A stretch of DNA of 61,430 bases from a virus (IMGVR_UViG_3300025574_000085:1-61430); one strand, 5' to 3'; shown: positions 27,173 through 38,151, counted from the stretch's first letter. Translations and numbers: made by a program. Notes: generated by a model from the letters alone, not told the origin.

Positions 27173-29299
27173 TTAGCCGGCTGCGGTGATGGGTGTCATG
27201 ACCGTGTTGGTGGCGGACAGCATCCCCGTGACGGACTGGTCCCAGAGAGCCATCGGCGTCAGGGTGAACACCTGCGAGTAGTCGTTCCACTCATAAGCGC
27301 CGGTCACGAACTGGATGGGGCTGCCGGGTGCGACTTCCCCGCCGTACCCGTAGTCGGTGAGGATCGCCCGGCAGCAGGTGGCGGCCTGGTCGGTGCCGGG
27401 GTCGATGGGCACGCCGCCGAGGGTCATCAGGTCCCCGTAGTGGCCGGTGATCGGCTGGGTGAAGCTGGCCCGTTTGTAGATGGCGAGGATGTTGTTCCCG
27501 ACAGCCTGTGCGGCGCCGGAGGACTGGACGCCGACGTCGGACAGGTCGATGAACGTTTCGATGGTGCCGTGCGCGGCGACGGACGCGGCGCTGGTGGCGG
27601 TGACTAGCCCGTACGTGGCGGCCGTCCCGCCGCTGGATGAGGTGTCGGCGGTGGCCTGGTAGCGGATGACGATCGTGTTGATGTCGCCGCCCAGTGTGCG
27701 GGGGGCCGCGTCGGAGACGATCAGCAGCCGGTTCGGGACCGACGGGAGGGGGAAGACGCTGATGTCGGTGCCGGGGAGGCCGCCGGGCTGGCTGTTCGCG
27801 TACCAGGTGAGCTGGCCGCGGGTCGTGACCAGGTTCAGCAAGGCCGTGAGGGTCTGGGCGCCTGAGTCGACCTGCTGCCCGAACCATGCCCCCGCCGGTG
27901 AACCGATGCCGGGGTTGACCCACGGCAGGCCCCGGGCGATGGCCTGATTCACGGCCTCGTCGGGCTGGGCGGCCGGCCAGGTGCTCGTGTAGAGCGCGAG
28001 GAAGTCGGTTCCCCGCTGCCCGTCCCCGACCGCGGTCAGTGTCCACCCCGCCGCGCTGGGCACTGGCTCGTCGAGCCGCCCGGTCCACACGACGTGCCCG
28101 CCGCGGGTGACGCGCACCTGCCAGCCAGGGTTGAACGCCTGGGTCCGGTAGGTGGCGGGCACCATGACCGTACAGGTCATTTTGTCCGCCCCGCCGGGGC
28201 ACACGAAGCTGTAGGTGAGGGCAGTGACGACCCCGATGGTGCCGAGGTAAATCCAGTTCGATGACCCGGGCGGGGCGACCGCGACCTGGCTGCTGCCCGG
28301 ATATGCCTGCGGGATGGTGGCACCGGGTGAGGCGAACACCAGGCCTCCGGTGGCCTGCAGCACGCTCAGGGTGCCCTGCCCGGCCAGCGGTGCCGGGTAT
28401 CCGAGCTGTACCCCGGACAACCCCAGTGTGCCCAGCCCGGCGAGGGCGGCGGGCGGCTGCTGCAGCAGCCCGATCCAGGTGGCGGCCAGGGTGCCGGACC
28501 CGGACAGCGCCGCAGACTGGGTGAAGGTGCCAGTCAGCGCCCCGGACAGGGCACCGATCCCGGACAGGGCGGCGCCGCCGCCGAACCCGGTGGCGGTGGC
28601 GGTGCCGGAGAGGGTGCCGGACCCGGACAGGCCAGCCGCGCCCGCGAACACGCCCGCCCCGGACAGCGACCCGGACCCGGACAGGGCCGCGGCGCCGGAG
28701 AGGGTGGCTCCCTCAATGATCAGGACGTCCACACCGAAGATCGTGTCGGTGCCGCCGGCCCACACCGGGGCCTGCGCCGCAGAGGTACAGGCCAGGTCGT
28801 AGCACAGCGCGTTGCCGTTCGGGTCCAGCGCGTACACATACCCGGAGGTGGACCCGGCGGTCAGGTTCCCGGCGACGGTATAGGCGAAACCGAAGTACAG
28901 TTCCCCCGCACCGGTGGGGGTGCTCGCGGTGAACGTCTGGGTGGCCGCGGCGTCGATGGTGCCGCGTTTGTCGACCACCCACGCGCCGATGCTGGAGGAG
29001 AACATCCGGCCGGCGGCGCGGATCGTTGGGGTGGTGCCCGAAAACGCCAGGGTCGCGGTCGCGGACCCCGAAGCGGTCGAGACTCCCTGCCACAGCGACA
29101 CGTAATAGGCGGTGGTGGTGCCTTTGAATGGGGTGCCGATCTGCGTCCAGGTGCAGTTACCGCCGGAGATGCCGTTGCAGAACACGGTCGCTGATTCGGC
29201 GACGACCGCGACGAGCGCGAGCTGATTGGTGCCGGTGGGTGCGACGGTCAGCGACGTCGATGTCGTCGCAAAAAGAGACCCGACCGGCGTCCAGGTCAT
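27173..29299 (-). CDS. minor tail protein
   Basis: Beta-rich N-domain, ALSGSGTL repeats, tail hub-like C-domain; lies after the tape measure gene. Confidence 0.75.
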   Translation of the reverse strand: MTWTPVGSLFATTSTSLTVAPTGTNQLALVAVVAESATVFCNGISGGNCTWTQIGTPFKGTTTAYYVSLWQGVSTASGSATATLAFSGTTPTIRAAGRMFSSSIGAWVVDKRGTIDAAATQTFTASTPTGAGELYFGFAYTVAGNLTAGSTSGYVYALDPNGNALCYDLACTSAAQAPVWAGGTDTIFGVDVLIIEGATLSGAAALSGSGSLSGAGVFAGAAGLSGSGTLSGTATATGFGGGAALSGIGALSGALTGTFTQSAALSGSGTLAATWIGLLQQPPAALAGLGTLGLSGVQLGYPAPLAGQGTLSVLQATGGLVFASPGATIPQAYPGSSQVAVAPPGSSNWIYLGTIGVVTALTYSFVCPGGADKMTCTVMVPATYRTQAFNPGWQVRVTRGGHVVWTGRLDEPVPSAAGWTLTAVGDGQRGTDFLALYTSTWPAAQPDEAVNQAIARGLPWVNPGIGSPAGAWFGQQVDSGAQTLTALLNLVTTRGQLTWYANSQPGGLPGTDISVFPLPSVPNRLLIVSDAAPRTLGGDINTIVIRYQATADTSSSGGTAATYGLVTATSAASVAAHGTIETFIDLSDVGVQSSGAAQAVGNNILAIYKRASFTQPITGHYGDLMTLGGVPIDPGTDQAATCCRAILTDYGYGGEVAPGSPIQFVTGAYEWNDYSQVFTLTPMALWDQSVTGMLSATNTVMTPITAAG

Positions 29300-29300
29300 G

Positions 29301-29612
29301 TCAGGTGGGCCCGGTCAGGGCTTTGAGCTCGTCAGCGAAGTTGAACGTGGACGCGCCGGATCCGCCGGTGCCGCCGTGCTGCAACTGCCCGCTGTAGATG
29401 AGCGGGAATGTGGACAGGTGGCTGGCCTGAGTAAGCATCGCCTGCGCGTCGGGGCCGGTGAACCCGAGATTTTGCAGCCCGGCCGCCCCCTGCCCGGCTA
29501 CCCAGTCGGTGAACACGGTGATCTGATGCATCAGGGTGCGCAACTGGGTGGCAAGCTGGGCACCCTGGCTGTTCAGCTGGAATGTGGTAGTCGGGGCATT
29601 CCCGATCGGCAT
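29301..29612 (-). CDS. hypothetical tail-region protein
   Basis: 103 aa ORF in the tail operon. Confidence 0.6.
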   Translation of the reverse strand: MPIGNAPTTTFQLNSQGAQLATQLRTLMHQITVFTDWVAGQGAAGLQNLGFTGPDAQAMLTQASHLSTFPLIYSGQLQHGGTGGSGASTFNFADELKALTGPT

Positions 29613-29621
29613 ACGGTCTCC

Positions 29622-30128
29622 TTATTGCAGCAGGTTGGTGGCGTTCAGCCGGAACATCAGCCCGTTGTGCATGTTGAGCAGGTTGGTATGGTCGGCGCGC
29701 AGCGTGGCTATGGCAACGACCAGGTTCCCGTGGTCCCCGATGTGGTCGTTGAACGCTTTGACCGTGTCGGAGTAGGAGTTCCGCAGGTTGTTGAAGTCGT
29801 TGGCCAGGTTCCCGTAATAGTGGCCGTGCGCGATCGAGTGGTAGTGCGCGGTGGGGGCACCGCCGAGCGGCCAGCTGCTGTTCCCGTTGTCGGGGCCGCC
29901 GATGCTGTCGGCGCTGGACGAGATCGGATAGGAGTAGTTGCCGGACGTGTAGGAGGTGTTGCCGGGCCCGAAACTGTTGTTCACGGCCGGCCCGTCGTAC
30001 GGCTGCGGCCACGGGATACGTGGCATCGCGGTGTTCAGCCGGTCTTCGGTGTTCCGGGTTTTCGCAGTGTTCCCCGTCGGGGCCGCCATCCACAGCGCGA
30101 TCCCGGCGAGCAGCAGTTTCCCCAGCAT
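29622..30128 (-). CDS. hypothetical tail-region protein
   Basis: MLGKLLLAG...; H-x-H motifs and coiled coil. Confidence 0.55.
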   Translation of the reverse strand: MLGKLLLAGIALWMAAPTGNTAKTRNTEDRLNTAMPRIPWPQPYDGPAVNNSFGPGNTSYTSGNYSYPISSSADSIGGPDNGNSSWPLGGAPTAHYHSIAHGHYYGNLANDFNNLRNSYSDTVKAFNDHIGDHGNLVVAIATLRADHTNLLNMHNGLMFRLNATNLLQ

Positions 30129-30387
30129 GCGGCATTCCTTTACTGCAGGTATTGGGACATGTGGGGGATGACGAATACCATCGGCAGATGGACATACCGC
30201 CATCCCAGGCAGACATCAGCGAACTCAGCGTGACGATGTGGCGGGCAGGCAACGCGGCCCTGGCGGCCACCGGTGAGGACCGGGAAGAACTGACCCGATG
30301 CAGCAGCCTCCTGGGATCTGTGCATGACCTCGCTGAACTGTGGCGGTCCGGTGCCCCGCCAGATCCGTCCGCGTGGCCTGGTGACGG

Positions 30388-33300
30388 TTACTGGAAACGG
30401 TCGAAGAACCAGGCGGGCGAGTAACTGAGGCTTATGGCGGGGGCCTGCGCGTCCGCGGAGTAGGCGAACAGCGAGTTCTCGCCGTCGGCGGGCTCGATCG
30501 CGATGGCGGGCCCGGAGATGGTGCAGTCGGCGAACACGGACACGGCGCTGGGCCGCCCCTGGTTGCTGCCCTGGATGAGCCCCAGGTTCAGGTTCGGGTC
30601 GGGGGCGTCGACGTAGTAGTTGATGTAGCTGCCGCCGGACCGGTTGATAACGATGGTCTGGCCCTGGGTGTCCAGGAAGATCGCCTCATAGAACCGGTCA
30701 TTTGTGTTGGTGTCGGTCACCGAGACAGAGTAGTAGCCGCCGGAGTTGTCCGCCGCGACCTGCTTGACCGGCAGCGTCAGCACGCCTGCGGTGACGATCC
30801 CGTTGGTGATCTGCGCGGGGGTAACCGTCACCGGCAGCGTCGACATGGCGTAGCTGGGGCCACCGGCGTACTCGTACTGGGTGACGGTGACCGTGATGGT
30901 CCTGGCGCTGGACCCGTTCCAGCTCGAGTTGATCAGGTAGATCGTGTAGGTGCCGCCGAAGTCGGCGTTGATGCCGGTCAGCGGCTGGGGCACCGAATAC
31001 TGATGGGTGCCGTCGGGGGCGTCACCGCCGCCGCCGACCGGGACCAGCGGCATGAACGTTTTCAGGGCCCCCAGCGGCGGCCGGTGCACAATCAATGATT
31101 TGAACGCTGCGCTGCTGTATGGGGTGATGATCAGTTTCCCGGCCGCGCCCACCCCGCCAGCCTCGGCGGTGCCGGTGGAGCAGCCGCCGCCGCCCGCTCC
31201 GCCAGGCGCCGACCCAGCCGACCCGGCCGTGTTCGCGGATGGGCCGCCCGCGCCGCCCGCGCCGCCGCCTGCGACAGCCGCCGCGCCGTTGCTGGTGGGT
31301 GCGCCGAGCCCGCCGGGGAAGGTGAGCCGCACCTGTCCCGCGGCGCCGGCCCCGGACGCGACCCCGCCCGCGAAGGTGGCGCCGCCGCCGCCGCCGGGTG
31401 CGCTGCCTGCTGTACCAGGGTTGCTGTTCGCTCCGGACCCGGCGCCTCCGTTCCCGCCGCCAGCTGGTGCGGGAGTGGTGTTCCCGTACCCGTTGCCAGG
31501 GTTACCGGCCGATCCGGGGGCCGCCGACGACCCGCCGGACCCGGAGTAGGGGACCTCGGAGCCGCCTTTCCCGCCGGGGAAATGGAACGTGCTCCCTGAC
31601 CCGGTACCGCCTGCACCGCCGTCGCTGCTGTTGTACCCGGACTGGCCGCCGCCGCCGCCGTGGGCGGTGATGGTCAGCGCGGCGTCCCCCGTGAACGTCG
31701 CGGACGCCCCGGTGCCGCCGCTGGCCCCGGAACTGGATGTGCTCGCCCCGCCAGACGGGACGGTGTAGGAGTACAGGTTGCCGGGGGTGACGTTGACGAA
31801 CCCGGCGGCGTACTCACCGCCACCACCGCCGGCACCGTTCCCGGACCCGGACCCGTCACCGCCGCCGCCACCGGACCCCCAGCATTCGGCGTACACCTGG
31901 GTGACCCCGGGCGGGCAGGTCCAGTTCGCGGTGGCGGGGCTCGTGAACGTGGTCGCGGCGGTCCCGGTGGGGGTCAGGCCCGCACTGGCGGTGCCGCCGG
32001 AGCTCGCGCCGCCACCGCCCACTGACCCGGACGCGGTCCGCCCGGTCCCGCCCGGGAAACTGATCACGTTCGCGGACACCAGCCCGCCCAGGCCGCCGGC
32101 CGCCGAGTTCTGTGCCGCTGAGCTCCCGCCGTTGGCGGTGACAACCAGCGGCCCGGCCGGGCCGGGCCCGAAAATGGCCGGCTGCCCGGCGACGGGGCTC
32201 GCGCCCGCGGTCCCGCCGATCCCGACGTTGTAGGGGATCACATCCCCCGGGGCGCAGGGGAACACGTTTTCCCGGCTGTAACCGCCGCCGCCGCCGCCAC
32301 CGCCGTTCCCGGTGGTGGTAAGCGACGCACCCGCACCGCCCGCGCCGATCGCCTCCACTTTCAGGTAGGCGGTGTTCGCGGGGACGGTGTAGTTCCCGAC
32401 CCCGGTCGCGGTGACCGTTGTCGGGGTGCCCGCCGACGGGGCCTGCTGAAACGACAGGGTGGCCTCGGCGCGGGCGGTGCCCTGCAGCCCGTACAGCACG
32501 TACTGGGAGCCGCGGACAACCGGGGTGGTGGTCTGGCTCGGCGGATACGCGGTGAGGGCGTCGACGTAACAGGTCACCCAGGACAGGCGCCGTATCCGGT
32601 CGTTCCGGTTGACGACCTCGATGGTGTAGCCGCTAACCGAGGTGTAGTCGAAAACGGCGTTCCCGGGGATCGGCATGGTGACCCGGGAGAAACACGGCTG
32701 CTGGCTGTTCGGCGACGCGGGCAGCCGCAGACGCTCGCGGGAGAACAGCAGTTTCCGGCCGGACGTGTCGGTCAGGGTGACGCTGACGCTGACCCCGTGG
32801 ATGATCCCCCGGTACTCCAGGTTCCAGTAGTACCTGCTGCCGAACCCGAGCCACATGGCCAGCGACGTCATGCCGCTGATGTTCAGGGTGGCGGCCAGGC
32901 TCGCGTTATACAGGAACGTGCTGTTCTGGCCGCCGGGGTCGTTGTTCCGGTAGTCGTCCGGGTCCCACCCGCACGACCGCGGACCGACCACGCACTGGGT
33001 GGACTGGAAATGCTTCGCGGAGGAGATCGAGCTGAACGTGTCGATCACCACCGGCGGCGGCGGTGGCGGCGGGGCCGCGGGCACGGGGGCGGCGAACGGG
33101 ACCTGCACCTGGGTGTCGGACCGGCCATACGGCCGCGCGGGGATGGTCAGGGTGACCCACATGACGCCCTGGTCCGCGGCGAGCGGGTCGTAGGCCGGCC
33201 TGGACGGCTGCGCGCGGAAGCAGTCCAGGATCAGCGGCAGCGGGGTCCCGCCGGGCCCGGGGTCGCGGGTCCATGTAATCGTGAAAATGTCCTGGTCGAC

Positions 33301-33603
33301 GGCCTGCCCGAGGACCTCGCGGGCGGCGGCGAGGAGTTCCAGGGGGTTCGCACTCCCGGGCGGCGCGACGATCTTCACCGGCAGGGTAATGGTCCGGTTG
33401 GAGGCGCGGCGCCCGAACGGCCGTTCCCCGTCGAGGATGAGGGAGGCGACGTAGTCGGCGGTGGGCTGGGGTGCGCCCAGGCCGTATGACCCGTCGTTGG
33501 CGAGCAGGAATATGGCCCCGGCACAGGCGGGGATGACCGACGGGACGCCGCCCTCGGCGCCCAGCAATTCAATGGTGTTCGCCAGGATGAGACTGTTCGC
33601 CAT
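30388..33603 (-). CDS. distal tail/minor tail protein with Gly-rich domains
   Basis: Starts MANSLILANT at an overlap with the tape measure stop; NRTITLP motif; two Gly-rich domains. Confidence 0.8.
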   Translation of the reverse strand: MANSLILANTIELLGAEGGVPSVIPACAGAIFLLANDGSYGLGAPQPTADYVASLILDGERPFGRRASNRTITLPVKIVAPPGSANPLELLAAAREVLGQAVDQDIFTITWTRDPGPGGTPLPLILDCFRAQPSRPAYDPLAADQGVMWVTLTIPARPYGRSDTQVQVPFAAPVPAAPPPPPPPVVIDTFSSISSAKHFQSTQCVVGPRSCGWDPDDYRNNDPGGQNSTFLYNASLAATLNISGMTSLAMWLGFGSRYYWNLEYRGIIHGVSVSVTLTDTSGRKLLFSRERLRLPASPNSQQPCFSRVTMPIPGNAVFDYTSVSGYTIEVVNRNDRIRRLSWVTCYVDALTAYPPSQTTTPVVRGSQYVLYGLQGTARAEATLSFQQAPSAGTPTTVTATGVGNYTVPANTAYLKVEAIGAGGAGASLTTTGNGGGGGGGGYSRENVFPCAPGDVIPYNVGIGGTAGASPVAGQPAIFGPGPAGPLVVTANGGSSAAQNSAAGGLGGLVSANVISFPGGTGRTASGSVGGGGASSGGTASAGLTPTGTAATTFTSPATANWTCPPGVTQVYAECWGSGGGGGDGSGSGNGAGGGGGEYAAGFVNVTPGNLYSYTVPSGGASTSSSGASGGTGASATFTGDAALTITAHGGGGGQSGYNSSDGGAGGTGSGSTFHFPGGKGGSEVPYSGSGGSSAAPGSAGNPGNGYGNTTPAPAGGGNGGAGSGANSNPGTAGSAPGGGGGATFAGGVASGAGAAGQVRLTFPGGLGAPTSNGAAAVAGGGAGGAGGPSANTAGSAGSAPGGAGGGGCSTGTAEAGGVGAAGKLIITPYSSAAFKSLIVHRPPLGALKTFMPLVPVGGGGDAPDGTHQYSVPQPLTGINADFGGTYTIYLINSSWNGSSARTITVTVTQYEYAGGPSYAMSTLPVTVTPAQITNGIVTAGVLTLPVKQVAADNSGGYYSVSVTDTNTNDRFYEAIFLDTQGQTIVINRSGGSYINYYVDAPDPNLNLGLIQGSNQGRPSAVSVFADCTISGPAIAIEPADGENSLFAYSADAQAPAISLSYSPAWFFDRFQ

Positions 33604-36590
33604 CACGCGCCCCCGGCTGGATACCTGCTCCGGAACCCGGCGGCACCCGCGGCGCCGCTGATGGCCCCCCCGACGTGCGCGCCGGTCGCGGCGGGGACGG
33701 CGGCGGTGGTGCGGATCAGTTCGGCCATCTGGCCGCGCAGCGCCCGCAGCTCGGCGGCCAGCCCCGGCTGCGGGCCGTTCCCGGAGCCGATCGCGCCGCG
33801 GACCGCGGCGGCGAGTTCGGCGGGCAGGATCATCTCCCCCTGATGCACGACCGCGGGCCCGGTGACCGGAATGTTCCACGACCCGCTCGCGTACCGGGCA
33901 CCGGAGCCCCCGACCGCACCGGTCCCGATCGTCGCCGCCTGCGCCGCCGCCCTGGCCACTGAGACCGCCGCGTTGATCGCATCGGTCATCGCCTTGGTTA
34001 TCGCGTTGATCCCGTAGGCGACGGTCGCGTCATAGGACCGGCCCACCCACAGGGACTGGCCGGCCAGCTGGTTGCCGCCGACCACTCCCCCGGCCGCGTA
34101 CCCGGGGACACCTATCGCCGCGAAGTACGGGGCCAGCTGCGCCGAATGCGCCGCGCTGACGACGGTCTCATTCCGGCTCGCCCGGATGAGCACGTCATCG
34201 GCGGTCGGGGTGGTCCCTGCCGTGATCCGGCCCCCGGAAGCGTAGCCGACCAGTTTCTGCTGCAGGCTGCCCTGCGCGATCGACCAGGCACCCTGGCCGT
34301 TGACGCTGATGCTGACGGGCTTGTTGGCGGGGAGGGTCGTGATTGACCGGGCGAGCCCATCCACCAGGGCGGCGGCGTTCTTGCCGCTCACCCCCGAGTT
34401 CACCAGGTCGGTGATCAGCCGCAGCCGGGCGCCCCGGTAGGCGTCGCCGGTCAGGCCGTGCTTCTGGACCGCCGTGGTCAGGGCGTCCATGTCTGTCTTA
34501 CCGCTCCTGGAGTTATTGCTGGCGGCCAGGATGTCGCTGATTATCCGCTGCCGGGCGGCCCGTGCCTGGTCGGAGTAGATGCCGTTGTTCGCGACCGCGG
34601 TGGTGTAGGCGGCGACGTCACCGTTGGCGGTGGTGGCTTTCACCCCGGAGTTCACCAGGTCGGTGATCAGCTGGCCCCGGGCCTGCTGCGCGGCCTGGGA
34701 GGTGACACCGTTGAACCGGACTGTGTTCGTGTAGTTGTCCAGGGCGCTCTTGGCGTTCGTGGCGTACTGGCCCTGACGGGTGAAGTCGGCGACGATCTGG
34801 GCGGTGGCCGTGGTGCTGGTTTTCTGCTGGGCGGTCAGCTGCCCCTGCCAGCCCTGCATGGTCTTGATCATGCCGTTGAACGCGCCGTCGACCCCGGCTC
34901 TGAATCCGTCGAACCCGGCGGCGGCGGTCTTCAGTTTCGGGCCGAGCCCGGGCACCCAGCCGAACGCGGCCGCGGCCCCGTTGATGATGGAGCCGAAGAA
35001 ACCGAGTACCCCGTCGACGACGACCTTCAGGCCCTGCACGACGGTGATGCCCATCCCGAGAACGACCGCGCCGAGGGTCTTGATCACGTCCCGGAACCCG
35101 GCGGACTTCTGCCAGGCCACATAGAACGCGGCACCGAGGGCGGCGATGGCGACCACGGCAATCCCGATCGGGTTCGCGTCCAGCGCGATGTCCAGCAGCG
35201 CCTGCGCCGCCGTCCACTCCTTCGTCCCCGTGACGATTCTCCCGATGGTGTTGACCAGCGCCAGCCCGCCGGAGAACACACCCGCCTTGTTCAGCAGCAG
35301 CAGCGCCCCCCCGACCGCCGCGATCGGCCCGGCCAGGCCCGGCGGCAGTTTCGCGACCAGGCCGAAAAAATCCGACACCAGCTTCAGTTCCGTGACACCA
35401 CCGGCGCCCAGGCCCGGCGCGAGCATGGCCAGCGTCCTGCCGATGTTCCCCAGCAACTGCGTCAGCACCGGCCCGTTTGCGTAGAACCAGGCCATAAACG
35501 ACTTGATGCCATCAGCGGTCTTCTGCGAACCCGCCCACTTCAGGACCGCGGGGCCGAGTCCGGCGATCCCGCCGGTCATCGTCAGGATCAGCGGGTTGAA
35601 CTGCGGTAGCAGGGTCATGAGCGACTTGACGAAATCGATCAGGGTGCTACCTACCGCGCCGACCACCTTCGAGCCGGTGCTGGCGATGAAATCCCGGAAC
35701 CCCTTAAACGCCGCGGAGTTGACCAGGGCATCGAACTGGGTGCCGAGCCCCTTGATGACCGGGGACACCGCCGCGATGATCGGCCCTAGCTGGCCGGTCA
35801 GGTCCGTGACCGACTTCAGCCACGGCTGAAGCGCCCCAGCCACGACCGGGGTCTGGGCGGCTTTGAGATCCTGCCAGGCGTTCGCCATGTTCCCGAGCTG
35901 CTTCGACAGGGCGATCTGCTGGGGGGACAGCTCCGCGTAGGCCTTGCCGATCGCCACCTGCTCGGCCTTGTAGGCGACGGACTGCTTGGTGCCGTTGGCG
36001 ATGGCGACGGTGTAGTTGTCCTGCGCCTTCTGGACGGCCTGCTCGGCGGTCAGTGCGCTGGCCAGGACCGGCTTGGCGACGGCCCCGAACGCGGCCAGCG
36101 CGCCGCCTCCGGCGACGAACGCCCCGCCGAGCCCGATCGCCGCGCCGCCCAGCAGCCCGACCGCGGTTGCGGCCGCGGGAACGAACGCGAGCGCGGCGCC
36201 CATCGCACTGAACTGAGGACTGATACCTTTCAGGGCGCCCTGCAGCTGGGACAGCTTGCTGGACTTGTCATCGAGCTTGCCGAGGGCGGCGTCGACCGCG
36301 CTGATGTCGGCGATGGCCCGCGCGGCGCCCTCGACCTTCAGGTTCGGGTTCGCGACACGCCGGTCCAGGGCGAGCAGCTTCGCGTCCGTCCGGTCCAGTG
36401 CCGCCAGCGCTTCGGCGTTCCCGTCCAGGCGCACCCGGGCGGCCGCGGACTTGCGGCTTATCTCATCCAGGCGCCGCGACAGCTTGTCGACATTCCCGGC
36501 AGCCTCGGACGCGGACCGGCCAGCGGCGGAGAACCCCGACGACGCCCTATCCTGCGCGATGATATCGAAGCGGAGAGTCTCGTTAGCCAC
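33603..36590 (-). CDS. tape measure protein
   Basis: 995 aa, Ala/Gly-rich helical; LRFDIIAQD, ANPIG; follows the tail chaperones. Confidence 0.9.
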   Translation of the reverse strand: MANETLRFDIIAQDRASSGFSAAGRSASEAAGNVDKLSRRLDEISRKSAAARVRLDGNAEALAALDRTDAKLLALDRRVANPNLKVEGAARAIADISAVDAALGKLDDKSSKLSQLQGALKGISPQFSAMGAALAFVPAAATAVGLLGGAAIGLGGAFVAGGGALAAFGAVAKPVLASALTAEQAVQKAQDNYTVAIANGTKQSVAYKAEQVAIGKAYAELSPQQIALSKQLGNMANAWQDLKAAQTPVVAGALQPWLKSVTDLTGQLGPIIAAVSPVIKGLGTQFDALVNSAAFKGFRDFIASTGSKVVGAVGSTLIDFVKSLMTLLPQFNPLILTMTGGIAGLGPAVLKWAGSQKTADGIKSFMAWFYANGPVLTQLLGNIGRTLAMLAPGLGAGGVTELKLVSDFFGLVAKLPPGLAGPIAAVGGALLLLNKAGVFSGGLALVNTIGRIVTGTKEWTAAQALLDIALDANPIGIAVVAIAALGAAFYVAWQKSAGFRDVIKTLGAVVLGMGITVVQGLKVVVDGVLGFFGSIINGAAAAFGWVPGLGPKLKTAAAGFDGFRAGVDGAFNGMIKTMQGWQGQLTAQQKTSTTATAQIVADFTRQGQYATNAKSALDNYTNTVRFNGVTSQAAQQARGQLITDLVNSGVKATTANGDVAAYTTAVANNGIYSDQARAARQRIISDILAASNNSRSGKTDMDALTTAVQKHGLTGDAYRGARLRLITDLVNSGVSGKNAAALVDGLARSITTLPANKPVSISVNGQGAWSIAQGSLQQKLVGYASGGRITAGTTPTADDVLIRASRNETVVSAAHSAQLAPYFAAIGVPGYAAGGVVGGNQLAGQSLWVGRSYDATVAYGINAITKAMTDAINAAVSVARAAAQAATIGTGAVGGSGARYASGSWNIPVTGPAVVHQGEMILPAELAAAVRGAIGSGNGPQPGLAAELRALRGQMAELIRTTAAVPAATGAHVGGAISGAAGAAGFRSRYPAGGA

Positions 36591-37065
36591 CGGTGATCTT
36601 CTTCTCCGTCTCCGTCAGCGCCGCCAGCACGTGCTCACGGATGTCCGGTGCCGCCTTCTCGCACGGGTCAGTGAAAAACCCGGGCCGCATGCCGCCCGTC
36701 TGGCCGTTCTGCCATTTCCACTCGCTGCGCGGCCGATGCCCCGGCCACTTCGGGTGGTTGATGACGCCGTCGTCGAGCAGCTTCACCTTCCGCCGCTTCG
36801 CCCGGGCCTTCGCCCGGATGCTCACGCGCGGGCTGGAGGCGAAGATCTTCTGGGCGCCGACAGCCAGATCGGGGGCCAGGATCGCGGCGTAACGGTCCGG
36901 CAGGTACGGCTTCAGGTGCTCCACGTCAGCGATCTCACGGGCGATCGGCTGCGCGGCCGCGTCCAGCTGCTTCATCAGCTCTTTACGGAAGCCTTTGCCC
37001 TCGTCCCCGGCTTCCTTCAGCCGCGCCGCGAGGGCGTTCAGCTGCTCACGCCCGTCGACCGCCAT
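36583..37065 (-). CDS. HK97 gp10-like tail completion protein
   Basis: LAARLKEAG...GVINHP...RPGFF. Confidence 0.55.
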   Translation of the reverse strand: MAVDGREQLNALAARLKEAGDEGKGFRKELMKQLDAAAQPIAREIADVEHLKPYLPDRYAAILAPDLAVGAQKIFASSPRVSIRAKARAKRRKVKLLDDGVINHPKWPGHRPRSEWKWQNGQTGGMRPGFFTDPCEKAAPDIREHVLAALTETEKKITGG

Positions 37066-37136
37066 CACACTCACCTCCCCTGGCCACGTCATGTACCGAT
37101 CGTGTCGATCCGCATGGGCGCATGGTGGAAGGTGAT

Positions 37137-37672
37137 CTAGGACCGCTGTTCCCGCTCGGCTTCCACCTCGGCCGCCTCCAGCTTGTACAGGGCCATCCAC
37201 TCAGTCAGCTCATAGGAGCTGATCCGGGCGAGGAGCTCGGCGACAGTGCATCCAAGCTCCCGGGCGAGGGTGAAGCAGAACCGCCGCCCAGGTCGGCCGG
37301 TGAGTCTTTTCCCAGCTCCTCCAGGTCATCGTCGGCGATCCCCGACAGCCGGGCGGCGACCTCGAAGATGCGGTCGAGGGCGGCGCAGGACTTCTTCCCC
37401 AGCTCGTGCACGTCGGACTGGGTGAACATGGGTTCCCCGTCGTCGCCGATGATGCAGCGGGCCACCAGCTTCGCGCGGATGTTTGCCGTATCGCGGATCG
37501 CCTGCTCCTTGCCCATCGGGCCGCGCATCGTGATCATGGACGCCTCGAACTCATCCCGCCCGGTGCCGTTCAGCCCGCGCACGAGAACCTCCCCGCCCCA
37601 CTCCGGGACGTTCACCGCCTCGGTAAGCAGATCGTCGGCCGCGAGGATCTGATCCCGGTTCAGGCGGCTCAT
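37137..37672 (-). CDS. tail assembly chaperone G/GT pair with -1 frameshift (G: 37205-37672)
   Basis: GGGAAAA slippery site at 37307-37313; the -1 frame gives RRFCFTLARELGCTVAELLARISSYELTEWMA. Confidence 0.85.
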
Positions 37673-38151
37673 GCCGGGATCGTAACGTTCAGGCTGGGAA
37701 CTTTGGTGATAACGAAGTCGACGTCGACCTGGGCGGCGTCCGCGATCCCCGTTTCCAGGGCACACGTCCCCACCTTGACCGGCCAGACGTCCATCTTCTG
37801 CGTCGGGACGTCACCCTCCCACAGCGTGATGATGAAACCCGTCGTGTCCCTCGGCAGCACCGTCCGCACATCCGCGCTGGTGCTTGAGGCGTAGAACTGG
37901 ATCTGGCTGTTCGCCGCCGTGATCTCACCGGGGATCTGGGAGGTGAACCGGGATGACAGGTCCGCGGTCGGTTTCGTCCCCGACGCCAGCGTGAACCCGG
38001 TCATTACCCCGATCTCCGCGGTCAGGTCCACTCCCGCGTTCATCTCCGCGCGGGTCGGTGCGGACTGGCTGGCGATCGCGGCCACGAAGTAGATCTTCCT
38101 GACCGACTGGGGGACGTACCGGACGGTGGGGGTCAGCGGTGGTGGCGCCAT
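37669..38151 (-). CDS. major tail (tube) protein
   Basis: APTRAEMNAGVDLT...FTSQIPG...DVWPV. Confidence 0.8.
   Translation of the reverse strand: MAPPPLTPTVRYVPQSVRKIYFVAAIASQSAPTRAEMNAGVDLTAEIGVMTGFTLASGTKPTADLSSRFTSQIPGEITAANSQIQFYASSTSADVRTVLPRDTTGFIITLWEGDVPTQKMDVWPVKVGTCALETGIADAAQVDVDFVITKVPSLNVTIPA

Noticed and set aside
27173-33603. Diversity-generating retroelement acting on tail genes
   Set aside because: No reverse transcriptase and no adenine-specific TR/VR repeat pair seen
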